A stretch of DNA of 64,000 bases, taken from an uncultured bacterium (GTDB taxonomy: Bacteria; Bacillota; Clostridia; Oscillospirales; Oscillospiraceae). The stretch spans positions 637-64,636 of the forward strand of contig CASFCS010000002.1 of NCBI GenBank assembly GCA_949293245.1, written 5' to 3'. The position numbers and the translations under genes are program-made. Shown here piece after piece: positions 9,850-18,419 of this stretch (position 1 is its first letter; every line of letters starts with the position of its first letter). The notes beneath the pieces were generated by a model. The model worked only from the letters and a program-made list of their open reading frames with translations. It was not told the DNA's origin and did no database searches.

Positions 9850-11004
9850 GTGCAGCTTGGCAGCGCCATCCGGGACTACATCCGGCGGGCGGACCACGTG
9901 CTCTTCGCCCTGTGCCTGGGCGCCAGCCTGTTCGGGCTGGCCCTGATCTACAGCGCCACCCGCTATGATCCCGCCCTCCACAACTACCCCGCCAAGCAGG
10001 CGGTCTTTATTGCCATGGGAGTGGTGCTCTATGTGATCTTCTCCCTGGTGGACATCGAGTTTATCCTGGAGCGGTCATGGAAGTACCTCTTTCTGGCGGG
10101 GGTATTCATCATCCTGCTCATCATCCCCTTCGGCAAGGCGGACGACACGGGCAACCGCAGCTGGGTCTTTATCCCCGGCCTGCCCTTCGGCCTGCAGCCG
10201 GCGGAGATCGTGAAGCTCTTCTTCGTCCTCCTCCTCAGCCGCCTGATGGACAAGCGGCGGCGGGTGGGGCTGAGCAAATTCTCTTCGGTGATGATGTACG
10301 CCGCCCTCACTCTCTTTTTCGGCGGGCTCATCGCGGTGCTCTCCGGGGACTTCGGCATGGTGCTGGTGTATCTGCTGCTCTTCGCCGTGATGGGCTTCGT
10401 GGCGGGCATCCAGCTGAGATGGTTCGTGCTGGCCTTCTCCGCCATGGGGGGTGTGCTGGCCCTCATCTGGAGCCACATCCCCCTCTATATCCGCATGCGC
10501 TTCATGGTGGTCTTTGACCATGACCTGGACCCCCTGGGTAAGGGCTGGCAGCAGACCCGGTCCCTGCTGGCCATCGGCTCCGGGGGCCTCACGGGGATGG
10601 GGTACCTCCAGGGCACCCAGACCCAGTCCACCAACTCCAGCAGCCTCCCCGCCCGGCACACCGACTTCATTTTCGCCGTGTGCGGCGAGGAGCTGGGTCT
10701 TCTGGGCTGTATCGCCGTGATCCTCCTGCTGATGGCCATCGTGCTGCGCTGTGTGTGGGTGTCCCGCTGCGCCAGGAGCCACATCTCCGCCTACATCTCC
10801 CTGGGTTTCGGGGGGATGATCATCATCCAGATGATTCTGAACATCGGCATGTGCCTCTTCGTGGCCCCGGTCATCGGCCTTACCCTCCCCTTTTTCAGCT
10901 ACGGCGGTTCCTCCATCCTGACGGCCTTCTCGGTGATGGGCATCGTCTCCGGCATCAAGCTAAACTCCCTGCCCAGCTGGCTCAAGGACAGGAGCAATAT
11001 GTAG
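9850..11004 (+). CDS. SEDS-family peptidoglycan glycosyltransferase (FtsW/RodA/SpoVE)
   Basis: Polytopic membrane protein with ...GLQPAEIVKLFFVLLLSRLM... and ...LPARHTDFIFAVCGEELGLLG...PFFSYGGSSIL. GTG at 9850 lies 8 nt after AAAGGAGG. A TGgTATAAT promoter sits upstream at about 9798-9806. Confidence 0.88.
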   Translation: MQLGSAIRDYIRRADHVLFALCLGASLFGLALIYSATRYDPALHNYPAKQAVFIAMGVVLYVIFSLVDIEFILERSWKYLFLAGVFIILLIIPFGKADDTGNRSWVFIPGLPFGLQPAEIVKLFFVLLLSRLMDKRRRVGLSKFSSVMMYAALTLFFGGLIAVLSGDFGMVLVYLLLFAVMGFVAGIQLRWFVLAFSAMGGVLALIWSHIPLYIRMRFMVVFDHDLDPLGKGWQQTRSLLAIGSGGLTGMGYLQGTQTQSTNSSSLPARHTDFIFAVCGEELGLLGCIAVILLLMAIVLRCVWVSRCARSHISAYISLGFGGMIIIQMILNIGMCLFVAPVIGLTLPFFSYGGSSILTAFSVMGIVSGIKLNSLPSWLKDRSNM

Positions 11005-11073
11005 TCCTTCGGAATAATCTCCTTCATCTGGCACATGCTAACACCGCATGTCCAAATGAAGGAGGTTTTTTCT

Positions 11074-12351
11074 TTGAGAACTCGTCTCGCCGCCGCCCTG
11101 GCCGCCCTCACCGCCCTGGTGTGCGCCCTCACCCCCGCCGCCGCCCGGATGGAGGCCGTCCGGGGCCAGGCCGCCGTGGCCGCCTTTGCCAAAAACGGCC
11201 TGGTGTCCCAGTGCATTTCCTTCTCCCAGGAGGACTTCGTCCTCACGGGGGACAGCCAGGGGGTCAGTCTGTCCTCCATCGTCCTCACCCAGCTACCCGC
11301 CGGGGAGGCGGGGGTGCTGGAGCTGTCCGGCCGCCCCCTGGCCACCGGGGAACAGGTGGCCGCCTCCGCCCTGGGGGAGCTGACCTTCCGCATTTTTGGG
11401 GGCTGCGCCCTGGAACAGACGTCCCTCACCTTCCGCCCCACCTTCTCCGACGGGTCCACCGGTGAGGAGACCCAGGTGGACCTCCACCTGCTCACCTCCT
11501 CCAACACCGCCCCAATCGCCCAGAATCTGGAGATGAACACCTATAAAAATGTGGCCATCCAGGGTACCCTCACCGCCATTGACCCCGACGGGGACGCCGT
11601 CACCTTCCGCATCACGGACCCCCCCGCCCGGGGGGGCGTCACCCTGGCCGACCCCGCTTCGGGCGCCTTCACCTACACCCCCTATGAGAACAAGACCGGG
11701 AAGGACACCTTCTCCTATGTGGCGGTGGACAGCGTGGGCAACCTGTCCAACGTGGCCACCGTCCGGGTAAAGATCGAGAAGGCGGACACCAAGGTGACCT
11801 ACGCCGACCTGGAGGGACACCCCGCCCACCGGGCGGCCATCCGCCTGGCGGAGGCTGGTGTGTTCACCGGCACCTGTGTGGACGGGGTGTACCGCTTTGA
11901 CCCCGACACCCCCGTGACCCGGGAGGAGTTTCTGGCCATGGCCATGGCCGCCGGAGGGGTGGACTCCCTGGGGGAGGTGGCGGTCACCGGCTTCTATGAC
12001 GACGGGGCCATCCCCGCCTGGGCCAAGGGCTATGTCTCCGCCGCCCTGCTGGAGGGCCTGGTCCAGGGCACCACCGACGCCCAGGGTCAGGCGGTGTTCC
12101 TCCCCCAGGCGACCATCACCGGGGCGGAGGCGGTGGTGCTGGTGGACCGGGTGCTCTCCCTGACGGATGTATCCGTCAGCGAGAGTGTGATGGCCGGGGA
12201 TGAGAGCGCCCCCGCCTGGGCCGTCCAGGCCGCCGCCAACGTCCAGGCCGCCCAGGTGCTGCCCGCGGGCCTTCCCCTGTCCGGCGCCCTCACCCGGGCC
12301 GACGCCGCCCAGCTGCTGTGCGCCATGCTGGACTATCTGGACAGCCTGTGA
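11074..12351 (+). CDS. Secreted SLH-domain cell-wall protein with a cadherin/Ig-like (VCBS-type) domain
   Basis: Signal peptide RTRLAAALAALTALVCALTPAAA. It has the motif ...GTLTAIDPDGDAVTFRITDPPARGGVTL...TYTPYENKTGKDTFSYVAVDSVGN and three C-terminal SLH-like repeats (YADLEGHPAHRAAIRLAEAGVFTG...). TTG at 11074 lies 8 nt after AAGGAGG. Alternative ATG at 11056. Confidence 0.8.
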   Translation: MRTRLAAALAALTALVCALTPAAARMEAVRGQAAVAAFAKNGLVSQCISFSQEDFVLTGDSQGVSLSSIVLTQLPAGEAGVLELSGRPLATGEQVAASALGELTFRIFGGCALEQTSLTFRPTFSDGSTGEETQVDLHLLTSSNTAPIAQNLEMNTYKNVAIQGTLTAIDPDGDAVTFRITDPPARGGVTLADPASGAFTYTPYENKTGKDTFSYVAVDSVGNLSNVATVRVKIEKADTKVTYADLEGHPAHRAAIRLAEAGVFTGTCVDGVYRFDPDTPVTREEFLAMAMAAGGVDSLGEVAVTGFYDDGAIPAWAKGYVSAALLEGLVQGTTDAQGQAVFLPQATITGAEAVVLVDRVLSLTDVSVSESVMAGDESAPAWAVQAAANVQAAQVLPAGLPLSGALTRADAAQLLCAMLDYLDSL

Positions 12352-12555
12352 TCTCTCTTTCCGCCCCCGGCGGAGCCGGGCCCCGTGCCCGCCTCCGCCG
12401 GGCTTTTTATCTATAGATATTTTCTATGAATACAGCATGTTTTCCCCCATGATATCGATTTCTCAAAGGCCACCTTTTTGTGCTATGCTGGATGAGAACG
12501 GACACCGGGTCCCCTCCCTTTGGGCGGGGGCTCACGGCAAGAAAAGAGGCAAGCT

Positions 12556-13590
12556 ATGGAAGAGCAAAAGATCGTATTCTGCAAGGGGGGCGGCTGCACC
12601 GCCAAGCTGGGGGCCGGGGTCCTCAGCCGGGTGCTGGAGAAGCTGCCCCGGGGCCCGGAGGACCCCCGGCTTCTCATCGGCTACGACAGCAAGGACGACG
12701 CGGCGGTATACCAGGTGGCGGAGGACCTGGCCATTGTCCAGACCCTGGACTTCTTCCCCCCCATGGTGGACGACCCATACACCTTTGGCCAGATCGCCGC
12801 GGCCAACGCCCTGAGCGACATCTACGCCATGGGCGGCCAGGTGCGCACCGCCCTGAACATCGTCTGCTTCCCCGAGAGCATGGACCTGAACATCCTGGGA
12901 GAGATCATGCGGGGGGGCGCGGAGAAGGTCATGGAGGCGGGGGGCACCCTGGTGGGGGGCCACTCCATTGCCGACAGCGACGTGAAGTACGGCCTGTCCG
13001 TCATGGGCACCATCCACCCGGACAAGGTCTATCCCAACAACCAGGGGCAGCCGGGGGACTGTCTGATCCTCACCAAGCCCCTGGGGGTGGGCATCGTGTG
13101 CACCGCCAACCGGGTGGGCGAGGCCTCCCCCGAGGCCATGGCGGCAGCCATCACCTCCATGACCACCCTGAATAAGGAGGCCTCCCGGCTGTGCGGCGGC
13201 CACACCATCCACGCCTGCACCGACGTGACGGGCTTCGGCTTCCTGGGCCATCTCCACGAGATGATGGACGGCCGCCTCTCCTGCTCCATCCGGGCCGGGC
13301 AGGTGCCGGTGATCCCCCAGGCCCTGGACTACGTCGGGGAGTTCCTGCTCACCGCCGCCGGCCAGCGCAACCGCAACCACGCCGGCCCCTTTGTGACCTT
13401 TGAAAACGTGCCCTTCCCCATGGAGGAGGTCCTCTTCGACCCCCAGACCTCCGGCGGGCTGCTCATCGCCCTGCCCCGGGAGGAGGGAGAGGTCCTGCGG
13501 AAGGAGCTGCGGGAAGCCGGCCTCACGGCGGAGATCGTGGGGGAGATCCTCCCCCGGCAGGAACAGGAAATTTACATTACAATGGATTGA
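12556..13590 (+). CDS. selD: Selenide, water dikinase (Cys-type SelD)
   Basis: [23 protein letters not shown]... carries the N-terminal Gly-rich C..K active-site loop with Cys rather than TGA/Sec, followed by the PurM-like fold (...DDAAVYQV...[30 protein letters not shown]). Confidence 0.93.
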   Translation: MEEQKIVFCKGGGCTAKLGAGVLSRVLEKLPRGPEDPRLLIGYDSKDDAAVYQVAEDLAIVQTLDFFPPMVDDPYTFGQIAAANALSDIYAMGGQVRTALNIVCFPESMDLNILGEIMRGGAEKVMEAGGTLVGGHSIADSDVKYGLSVMGTIHPDKVYPNNQGQPGDCLILTKPLGVGIVCTANRVGEASPEAMAAAITSMTTLNKEASRLCGGHTIHACTDVTGFGFLGHLHEMMDGRLSCSIRAGQVPVIPQALDYVGEFLLTAAGQRNRNHAGPFVTFENVPFPMEEVLFDPQTSGGLLIALPREEGEVLRKELREAGLTAEIVGEILPRQEQEIYITMD

Positions 13591-13606
13591 TCGGGAGGGA
13601 TTGAAC

Positions 13607-14227
13607 ATGATTCAAGTCAACGCCATGGGGGACACCTGCCCCATCCCCATCGTCAAAACCAAGAAGGCCATCGCCCAGCTGGGGGGAGCCGGCACCGTGG
13701 AGACCCTGGTGGACAACGAGATCTCGGTGCAGAACCTGACCAAGATGGCCAACCAGAAGGGCTATGCCGTCAAATCCGAGAAGCTGGGCCCCGGGCAGTA
13801 CAAGGTCACCATGACCGTTGGGGAGCAGGACGCCCCGCCGGAGGACGGGGCGGACGAGACCTGCCTGGTAACTCCCGCCCCGGAGGGCAAGCGCAACATC
13901 GTGGTGGCGGTCACCTCCCCCCGGATGGGAGAGGGCAACGACGAGCTGGGGGCAGTGCTGATGAAGGGCTTTCTCTACGCCCTGAACCAGCAGGACACCC
14001 TGCCCGCCACCATCCTCTTCTACAACGGCGGCGCCCCCCTCACCTGCCAGGGCTCCCAGTCCCTGGAGGACCTGAAGAGCCTGGAGGCCCAGGGGGTGGA
14101 GATCCTCACCTGCGGCACCTGCCTGAACTACTACGGCCTCACCGACCAGCTGGCGGTGGGCGAGGTGACCAACATGTACACCATCACCGAAAAGCTCACC
14201 GGGGCCCACCTGGTGGTGCGGCCCTGA
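13607..14227 (+). CDS. yedF: YedF-type selenium metabolism protein (TusA/SirA-like plus DsrE-like domains)
   Basis: MIQVNAMGDTCPIPIVKTKKAI has the CPxP motif. The C-terminal part is ...ILFYNGGAPLTCQGS...ILTCGTCLNYYGL. SD GGGAGGGA lies before the ATG at 13607. Confidence 0.85.
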   Translation: MIQVNAMGDTCPIPIVKTKKAIAQLGGAGTVETLVDNEISVQNLTKMANQKGYAVKSEKLGPGQYKVTMTVGEQDAPPEDGADETCLVTPAPEGKRNIVVAVTSPRMGEGNDELGAVLMKGFLYALNQQDTLPATILFYNGGAPLTCQGSQSLEDLKSLEAQGVEILTCGTCLNYYGLTDQLAVGEVTNMYTITEKLTGAHLVVRP

Positions 14228-14236
14228 GGCGCCCCC

Positions 14237-14473
14237 ATGCGCATCAAGCGTCCCACCCTGGTCATCACCTTCCACACCACCACCCAGGCCATGGCGGCGG
14301 AGGCCTTCTGCCTGGCGCAGGGCCTGCCCGGCCGGCTCATCCCGGTGCCCCGGGAGATCACCGCCGGCTGCGGCCTGGCCTGGGCCGCCCCGCCGGAGGG
14401 GCGGGAGGTCCTGATCCCCGCCCTGGAGGGGGAGGGACTCCAGTGGGCGGCGGAGCAGGTGATCACCATCTGA
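14237..14473 (+). CDS. DUF3343-like small protein (putative Se/S carrier)
   Basis: 78 aa: ...LVITFHTTTQAMAAEAFCLAQGLPGRLIPVPREITAGCGLAW... The family call rests on remembered recurrent pairing with yedF/selD. Confidence 0.7.
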   Translation: MRIKRPTLVITFHTTTQAMAAEAFCLAQGLPGRLIPVPREITAGCGLAWAAPPEGREVLIPALEGEGLQWAAEQVITI

Positions 14474-14497
14474 CCCTCCACATGAAAGCTTTACGAC

Positions 14498-14541
14498 AAA
14501 ACACAGCCGGCAGAGGCGCACGCCTCTGCCGGCTGTGTTTT
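14498..14541. terminator. Bidirectional intrinsic terminator
   Basis: AAAACACAGCCGGCAGAGGCG / CGCCTCTGCCGGCTGTGTTTT, an A-tract/T-tract-flanked 17-bp stem between convergent genes. Confidence 0.85.
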
Positions 14542-14568
14542 CATTTGCAATCTACATTTTACCGGCGC

Positions 14569-15027
14569 TTATTCTTCCGCGCTGTCCAGAGCGCCGTCAA
14601 TCAGCTTGAGCAGCTCCAGCGCGCTGCGGAAATTCTGAGTCACACCCCGGTCCACCCAGGTGACATTGCCCTGCCATGTGGCGTTCTGCCGGTACTGCAC
14701 ATGCACGATGAACGTGCCCTTTTCTCCACGCTGGCCAATGATCTCATCTGCTTCCATGACGCGGGCCACCTCTCCTTTCTGCTGATACACCTCAGGCTGG
14801 GGAAAAAAGCTCCGCCTTCGCGTGGCGGCCTGGGGGTATCCGATTCGATCGAACAGCGCTTCCATCTGCTTTAAAAGATGGCCGCTGTCCCGAAACTGCT
14901 CCGGCTCACGGGAGAACCTGTGAAACATCCGGCCCGACGCCTCACCCTGGCGGTGCGTGTCCACACACACACTCAGCAGATTGGGCGCAGCGATATTGAC
15001 ATGGCGTTTGATCTCCTGCGTATCCAT
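14569..15027 (-). CDS. Hypothetical 152-aa cytoplasmic protein (no family recognised)
   Basis: Clean ORF with SD GGAGGAGCAGAG before the ATG at 15027. The C-terminal half reads ...GEKGTFIVHVQYRQNATWQGNVTWVDRGVTQNFRSALELLKLIDGAL. GC is lower than in flanking genes. Confidence 0.6.
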   Translation of the reverse strand: MDTQEIKRHVNIAAPNLLSVCVDTHRQGEASGRMFHRFSREPEQFRDSGHLLKQMEALFDRIGYPQAATRRRSFFPQPEVYQQKGEVARVMEADEIIGQRGEKGTFIVHVQYRQNATWQGNVTWVDRGVTQNFRSALELLKLIDGALDSAEE

Positions 15028-15127
15028 CTCTGCTCCTCCTTTACCTTACGAGATTACTATACCATAGGAGACCTTACCATAAGTATTACCAAATGTATTT
15101 TTTTAAATTATTCTGAAACTACCGAGA

Positions 15128-16378
15128 TTATATGCCCCAGATTTTCCCACCTCCGCCAAAATGAAGGTCCGGCCCCTCGCTGTCCATCTCGGCTACAGAG
15201 GCCACATGGAACTGCACCCGGATCCCTCTGGAGCGGCTGTCGCCCTGGAAGCGCTGGTCCAGCCGCTCCTCCACCAGGGTACAGTTTTCCCGGTTGATGC
15301 TCTGGAGCATGATGAGATAGCCGCTGGCGTTGTACCGGCAGTATACGTCGCCCCGGCGCAGGGTGGAGCGGATGGCCTCCCCCAGGGCTTCGCTGGCAGC
15401 GCTCAGCCGCTCCTCCGAGGCGACGGGCTCCCCCCGGGGATCGGTGAGGGTACACAGCATCAGATAGACCGACTGCCCCGTGCGCTCAATGATACGGCGG
15501 CAGATGCGGTAGCTGTCCACAAAGCCCGGGTAGGAACAGCAGTAAGCTCCCCCCGTTTTCCCATCCTCCCGCAGGTTCTCCAGAATGTCGGGCAGCACCA
15601 TCACCGTAGGAGTCTCCATCTGGCGGCCCATGCTGCGGATACACTCCACCATCTCCTGGGAGGGGCGCACCCCGAGGGTCTCGTAGATGGCCTCCGAGGC
15701 GGCGCGGTGCACCTCCACCGCCTCCTTGGTGCGGCCCAGGCTCATCAGGCACTTGATGCGCCGCAGCTGCCACTCCTCCTCGCAGGGATAGATCTCCGCC
15801 GCGGCAGTGCACAGCTCCAGCATGGTCTCCAGCTCGTACTGCTCTTCCAGCAGGGTACAGGCCGCCCGCAGGCAGGAGAAATACAGCTGCTGGCAGCGCA
15901 GGGACTCCCGCACCACCCACTCCTCCGAGGAGAGCATGGGCAAAAACTCCCCCCGGTACAGCCCACAGGCGGCCATCAGGTCATCCAGGCCCTCCCGGCT
16001 GTCCTTTTGGGTCAGGGCCGCCTGGGCGGCCTCCCGGAAGCGGCATACATCCACCTCTACCGACAAGCTGCCCCCCCAGCGGTACACTCCGCCGCTGACT
16101 TCAATATAGTTATCATCAGGCAGGCCGATCTCCACCAGCTTCTTGCGCAGGCGGCTGGCCATCACCACCAGGCTGTTGCCCCGGTCCAGCTCCTCGTCCC
16201 AGCGGTAGAGCATCTCCAGCATCTGCCCCCGGGGCACGCCCTCCCCCATGGCATTCCACAGGATCTGCAGCATCTGCACCGACTTGGACACACTGCGCCG
16301 CACCAGCGCCAGGGGCTTATCCCCATAGAGGACGGAAAAGCCCCCCAGCATATTCACATGCAGGACGGTTTCACTCAT
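15128..16378 (-). CDS. SARP/BTAD-type transcriptional regulator with a C-terminal degenerate GGDEF-like domain
   Basis: The N-terminus MLGGFSVLYGDKPLALVRRSVSKSVQMLQILW... is a winged helix. It is followed by a BTAD/TPR-like helical region (...VDVCRFREAAQAAL...ACGLYRGEFLP...). The C-terminus ...VYLMLCTLTD...RRGDVYCRYNASGYLIMLQS... aligns to the RYGGDEFxxLL region but reads NASGY. Confidence 0.65.
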   Translation of the reverse strand: MSETVLHVNMLGGFSVLYGDKPLALVRRSVSKSVQMLQILWNAMGEGVPRGQMLEMLYRWDEELDRGNSLVVMASRLRKKLVEIGLPDDNYIEVSGGVYRWGGSLSVEVDVCRFREAAQAALTQKDSREGLDDLMAACGLYRGEFLPMLSSEEWVVRESLRCQQLYFSCLRAACTLLEEQYELETMLELCTAAAEIYPCEEEWQLRRIKCLMSLGRTKEAVEVHRAASEAIYETLGVRPSQEMVECIRSMGRQMETPTVMVLPDILENLREDGKTGGAYCCSYPGFVDSYRICRRIIERTGQSVYLMLCTLTDPRGEPVASEERLSAASEALGEAIRSTLRRGDVYCRYNASGYLIMLQSINRENCTLVEERLDQRFQGDSRSRGIRVQFHVASVAEMDSEGPDLHFGGGGKIWGI

Positions 16379-16731
16379 GATATTTCACCCTTTTGCTCCG
16401 CAGCGCCCAGGTCAGAGGTCCGGCCTCGTCCGGGCCGCATTCCACCGCTCTGTGCTGGTTCTTTTGCTCTGAATGGCTGCTTTGGCACATAAAAAATGAT
16501 AAAAAGGAAAAGCTTATCTATTATATCTATACTCTTGATATAGTTTACTATCCCCTGCTCCCCCTGTCAAGCCCGGTCCGCCCGCCTCAGTCCCTCCCCT
16601 TTCATGCTCAATCATTTTCAGTCATCCTAATGATTTATTTTGAAGTTTTTTGATTTAAAATGATTGACATCATGAGGCACCTGTGATACACTATCCTCAG
16701 AAAGCAAAGGCCCCAGAAAGGAGTGATCGCC

Positions 16732-17481
16732 ATGCTGACGCAGGAACGGCAATACCGGATCCTCAAGCTGCTGCAAGATCAAAAGACAGCCACTGTGGCC
16801 GAGTTGACCCGCCTGACCGACAGCTCAGAGGCCACCATCCGCCGGGATCTCACCGCCCTGGCCCTCAGCGGCAAGCTGGTGAAGGTCCACGGCGGCGCCA
16901 CCCTTCCCCCCGACGCCTTTTCCACAGCGGAGCCGGACGTATCCACCAAGGCCACCCTCCATGCCGCGGAAAAGGAGGCCATCGGCCGCTACGCCGCCAC
17001 CCTGGTACATGATGAGGACTTCATTTACCTGGATGCCGGTACTACCACCGAGCGGGTAATCGAGCACCTGGCAGGCAGCCGGGCCACTTTCGTCACCAAC
17101 GGCATTGGGCACCTGCGCCGCCTCACCGCCCTGGGCCTGCGCTGCTATCTGCTGGGCGGGCAGTTCAAACCGGTGACCGAGGCCATGATCGGCACCATGG
17201 CCACCCGGGCCCTAGGCCAGTTCAACTTCAGCAAGTGCTTTATGGGGGTCAACGGCATCTCCCTGGAGCATGGGTACACCACCCCCGACAGCGAGGAGGC
17301 CGCCGTCAAGACCGCCGCCATGGCCCAGTCCTACCTGTGTTACATCCTGGCGGACCACAGCAAGTTCGGCTTTGTTTCCTCCGTGACCTTTGCCCCGGCC
17401 AGGCAGGCCTGCATCATCACCGACCGTCTCCACGACGAGAGCTACCGCGCCATGACTACCATAAAGGAGGTGAACGTATGA
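16732..17481 (+). CDS. fruR: DeoR-family repressor of the fructose operon
   Basis: MLTQERQYRILKLLQDQKTATVAELTRLTDSSEATIRRDLTAL is the DeoR HTH, followed by a DeoR C-terminal sensor domain. The ATG lies 8 nt after AAAGGAG. Upstream promoter: TTGACA...TGTGATACACT. Confidence 0.88.
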   Translation: MLTQERQYRILKLLQDQKTATVAELTRLTDSSEATIRRDLTALALSGKLVKVHGGATLPPDAFSTAEPDVSTKATLHAAEKEAIGRYAATLVHDEDFIYLDAGTTTERVIEHLAGSRATFVTNGIGHLRRLTALGLRCYLLGGQFKPVTEAMIGTMATRALGQFNFSKCFMGVNGISLEHGYTTPDSEEAAVKTAAMAQSYLCYILADHSKFGFVSSVTFAPARQACIITDRLHDESYRAMTTIKEVNV

Positions 17482-18389
17482 TCTACACGGTAACGTTTAA
17501 CCCCGCCCTGGACTATGTGGTCCGCCTGTCCCAGCTGGTGCCCGGGGCCGTCAACCGCACCCAGGCCGAGTCCCTCCAGTGCGGCGGCAAGGGCATCAAC
17601 GTCTCCACGGTGCTCAAGGCCCTGGGGGTACCCAGCGTGGCCCTGGGCTTTGCCGCCGGGTTTACCGGCCGGGCCCTGGTGGACAGCCTCACCGAGCAGG
17701 GCATTGCCAACGAGTTTGTCACCCTCCCCGCCGGTCTCTCCCGCATCAACGTGAAGCTCAAGACCGGTCAGGAGACCGAGATCAACGGCCGGGGCCCCGA
17801 CATCGACCCGGAGTCCCTGGAGGTTCTGTGCCGCCGGCTGGACCGCCTCACCGGAGAGGACATGCTGGTGTTGGCGGGCAGCATCCCCGCCTCCCTCCCC
17901 TCGGACATCTACGAGCGCATTCTGGAGCGGGTGAAGCCCACCGGCTGCGCCGCAGTGGTAGACGCCACCGGGGACCTTCTCGCCCGGGTGCTGCCCTACC
18001 GCCCCTTCCTCATCAAGCCCAACCATCTGGAGCTGGGGGAGCTGTGCGGCGTGACCCTCTCCCCCCAGGACACCCCCGCCGTCACCGCCGCCGCCCGGAC
18101 CCTCCAGGAGCGGGGCGCCCGGAACGTGCTGGTGTCCATGGCGGGCGACGGCGCCCTGCTGGTCACCGAGGACGGACAGATCCTCCGGCAGGCCGCCGCC
18201 AAGGGCAAGGTCCTCAATTCCGTAGGGGCGGGGGACTCCATGGTGGCCGGGTTCCTGGCGGGCTGGCAGTCCACCGGGGACTACGCCCACGCCCTGCGCC
18301 TGGGCACCGCCGCCGGCGGCGCCACCGCCTTCTCCGTAGCCCTGGCCACCCGACAGGAAATTGACCGCGTGCTGGAGACCCTGCAGTAA
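17478..18389 (+). CDS. fruK: 1-phosphofructokinase
   Basis: MIYTVTFNPALDYVV...GGKGINVS...NSVGAGDSMVAGFLAG (PfkB family). SD AAGGAGG. The start overlaps the fruR stop. Confidence 0.93.
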   Translation: MIYTVTFNPALDYVVRLSQLVPGAVNRTQAESLQCGGKGINVSTVLKALGVPSVALGFAAGFTGRALVDSLTEQGIANEFVTLPAGLSRINVKLKTGQETEINGRGPDIDPESLEVLCRRLDRLTGEDMLVLAGSIPASLPSDIYERILERVKPTGCAAVVDATGDLLARVLPYRPFLIKPNHLELGELCGVTLSPQDTPAVTAAARTLQERGARNVLVSMAGDGALLVTEDGQILRQAAAKGKVLNSVGAGDSMVAGFLAGWQSTGDYAHALRLGTAAGGATAFSVALATRQEIDRVLETLQ

Positions 18390-18419
18390 GTCAGACACTT
18401 CTATTTTATTGCGGAAAGG

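Noticed and set aside
12556-12640. Possible selenocysteine (TGA) codon or SECIS element in selD
   Set aside because: The active-site position is a plain TGC Cys codon (GGC GGC TGC ACC GCC AAG), and there is no in-frame TGA.
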